Shown: positions 62,966 through 64,000 of the stretch, one piece after another
Numbering within the stretch: position 1 is the first letter of the stretch
Layout of the letters: every line of letters begins with the position of its first letter
Assembly: GCF_009914755.1 (NCBI RefSeq)
Contig: NC_060947.1
Strand: one strand, 5' to 3'
Origin: the human T2T-CHM13v2.0 reference genome, Homo sapiens
Length of the DNA stretch: 64,000 nt
Translations under genes and position numbers: made by a program
The notes under the pieces: generated by a model
What the model saw: the letters and a program-made list of their open reading frames with translations, nothing else
What the model was told of the DNA's origin: nothing
Database searches by the model: none

Positions 62966-64000
62966 AGATTGAATTTAACTTGTAAATCATCATGTGCTAG
63001 GATGATCGGAAATACAATCAGGATGCAAGCTGATGATAAGCCTGCCATTTCATATCTCCCCCACAGCAGCCAATCAGCCTCTAATACACGAACAAGTCCC
63101 TCCCTCTAAGCTAAGGGCAAGGAAGTGGGGGTGGCAGATGGGAGGAAGGAAAGAGAAGGTATGTATAATTATTGTGTTGTCACAAATTGCCATTATCCTG
63201 TTTGTCCCCAGAGCCCCTTAGCCTCCCAGTTTTGAGGTGGTACCCAATTCTTTGGAACAAATATGGGAGCCTGGTGCCAATGTTGCTGCCCTGCCAGTAA
63301 GGGTGCTGACAAGGTCTCTTGTGCAAGAAGCAAAGACCTCCAAGGGATAGTAACAGCTTTGTCTGGGGCCACCAGTACTGGCCTTACACATTTGGGGATG
63401 GAGTTTAGGGCCTGTTTTCTCTTGTTCCATGTATCTCATTTAATGAAAAACAGCTTCCTTTTCCATCTCTGTATCCACATGCTGCAGTGGACTATAATGC
63501 CTAAGAAGTTCCTCTCCTCAGCTATCACATGTCCCAGAAAATGTGCTCACATTCTGCTCTCCCTTCCCACATCCAGCCAGACACTTCCCCTCTGAGGTCT
63601 GTCTTCTGATTTGATTTATTTTCTCGTAAGTATTCTATACTTTCTCCCCAACCAGGTAAAAAGCCTTTCTAATCCTCTCGAGGTTACATCTTCCTTGTTC
63701 CCTTCGTGGAATGACAAATTGGCTCTTGCAAACATTTAACTGGAGCACTCTGGCAAATGCTCTTGTTCTTGATTCCAGACATCCTCCAAATGAGAATGAT
63801 CTATGTATATGGTGCCTTCCTAAGATATATCAGGAACAGTATGGCAATAGGAACACAAGATAGAGTTTGTGCCTCCGTGTCTGTGAAATACTGCCCTAGG
63901 AACTGTCTGCTTCTTTTGCAGAGAACACTATCACAATTTTTCACTGACACTTACTCCTGAACCCTGAGCATTGGCCACTGCTACTTCCACCTGCCTCTAA

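Noticed and set aside
62970-64000. About 1 kb of apparently unique sequence with 60-110 aa ORFs
   Set aside because: No recognisable protein similarity or convincing exon structure; cannot be interpreted from sequence alone

Overview
Human (hominid) genomic DNA containing the 5' end of PHKA1 (muscle phosphorylase kinase alpha subunit, Xq13) on the minus strand. Coding exons 1-5 splice with canonical GT-AG sites into an open 537-nt frame (179 codons, [14 protein letters not shown]...EAAYKTA), and the CpG-island promoter lies at about 33.3-33.9 kb. The introns carry the 3' part of a young SVA_F-like element (antisense to the gene), a two-LTR MER4-group provirus with a 4-bp TSD, a large old L1 with a nested MLT1A and Alu, and many Alus including a near-pristine AluYc1-type copy. 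The 30 kb upstream is almost entirely repeats: L1 and L2 fossils, solo LTRs (ERV1, MLT1C, MST with nested LTR7B, HERV-K LTR5), a CAPZA1 processed pseudogene, and full-length U3 and U1 retrocopies. I found no evidence of a new protein-coding system. The most notable observations are structural or regulatory: an apparent L1 3' transduction next to a 27-bp palindrome, a shuffled local duplication in intron 4, a 5'-only Alu remnant between 11-bp direct repeats, and twin DR4-like nuclear-receptor motifs separated by a (CA)n in intron 1. Repeat subfamily names come from recognition by eye, and boundaries of old repeats are approximate.
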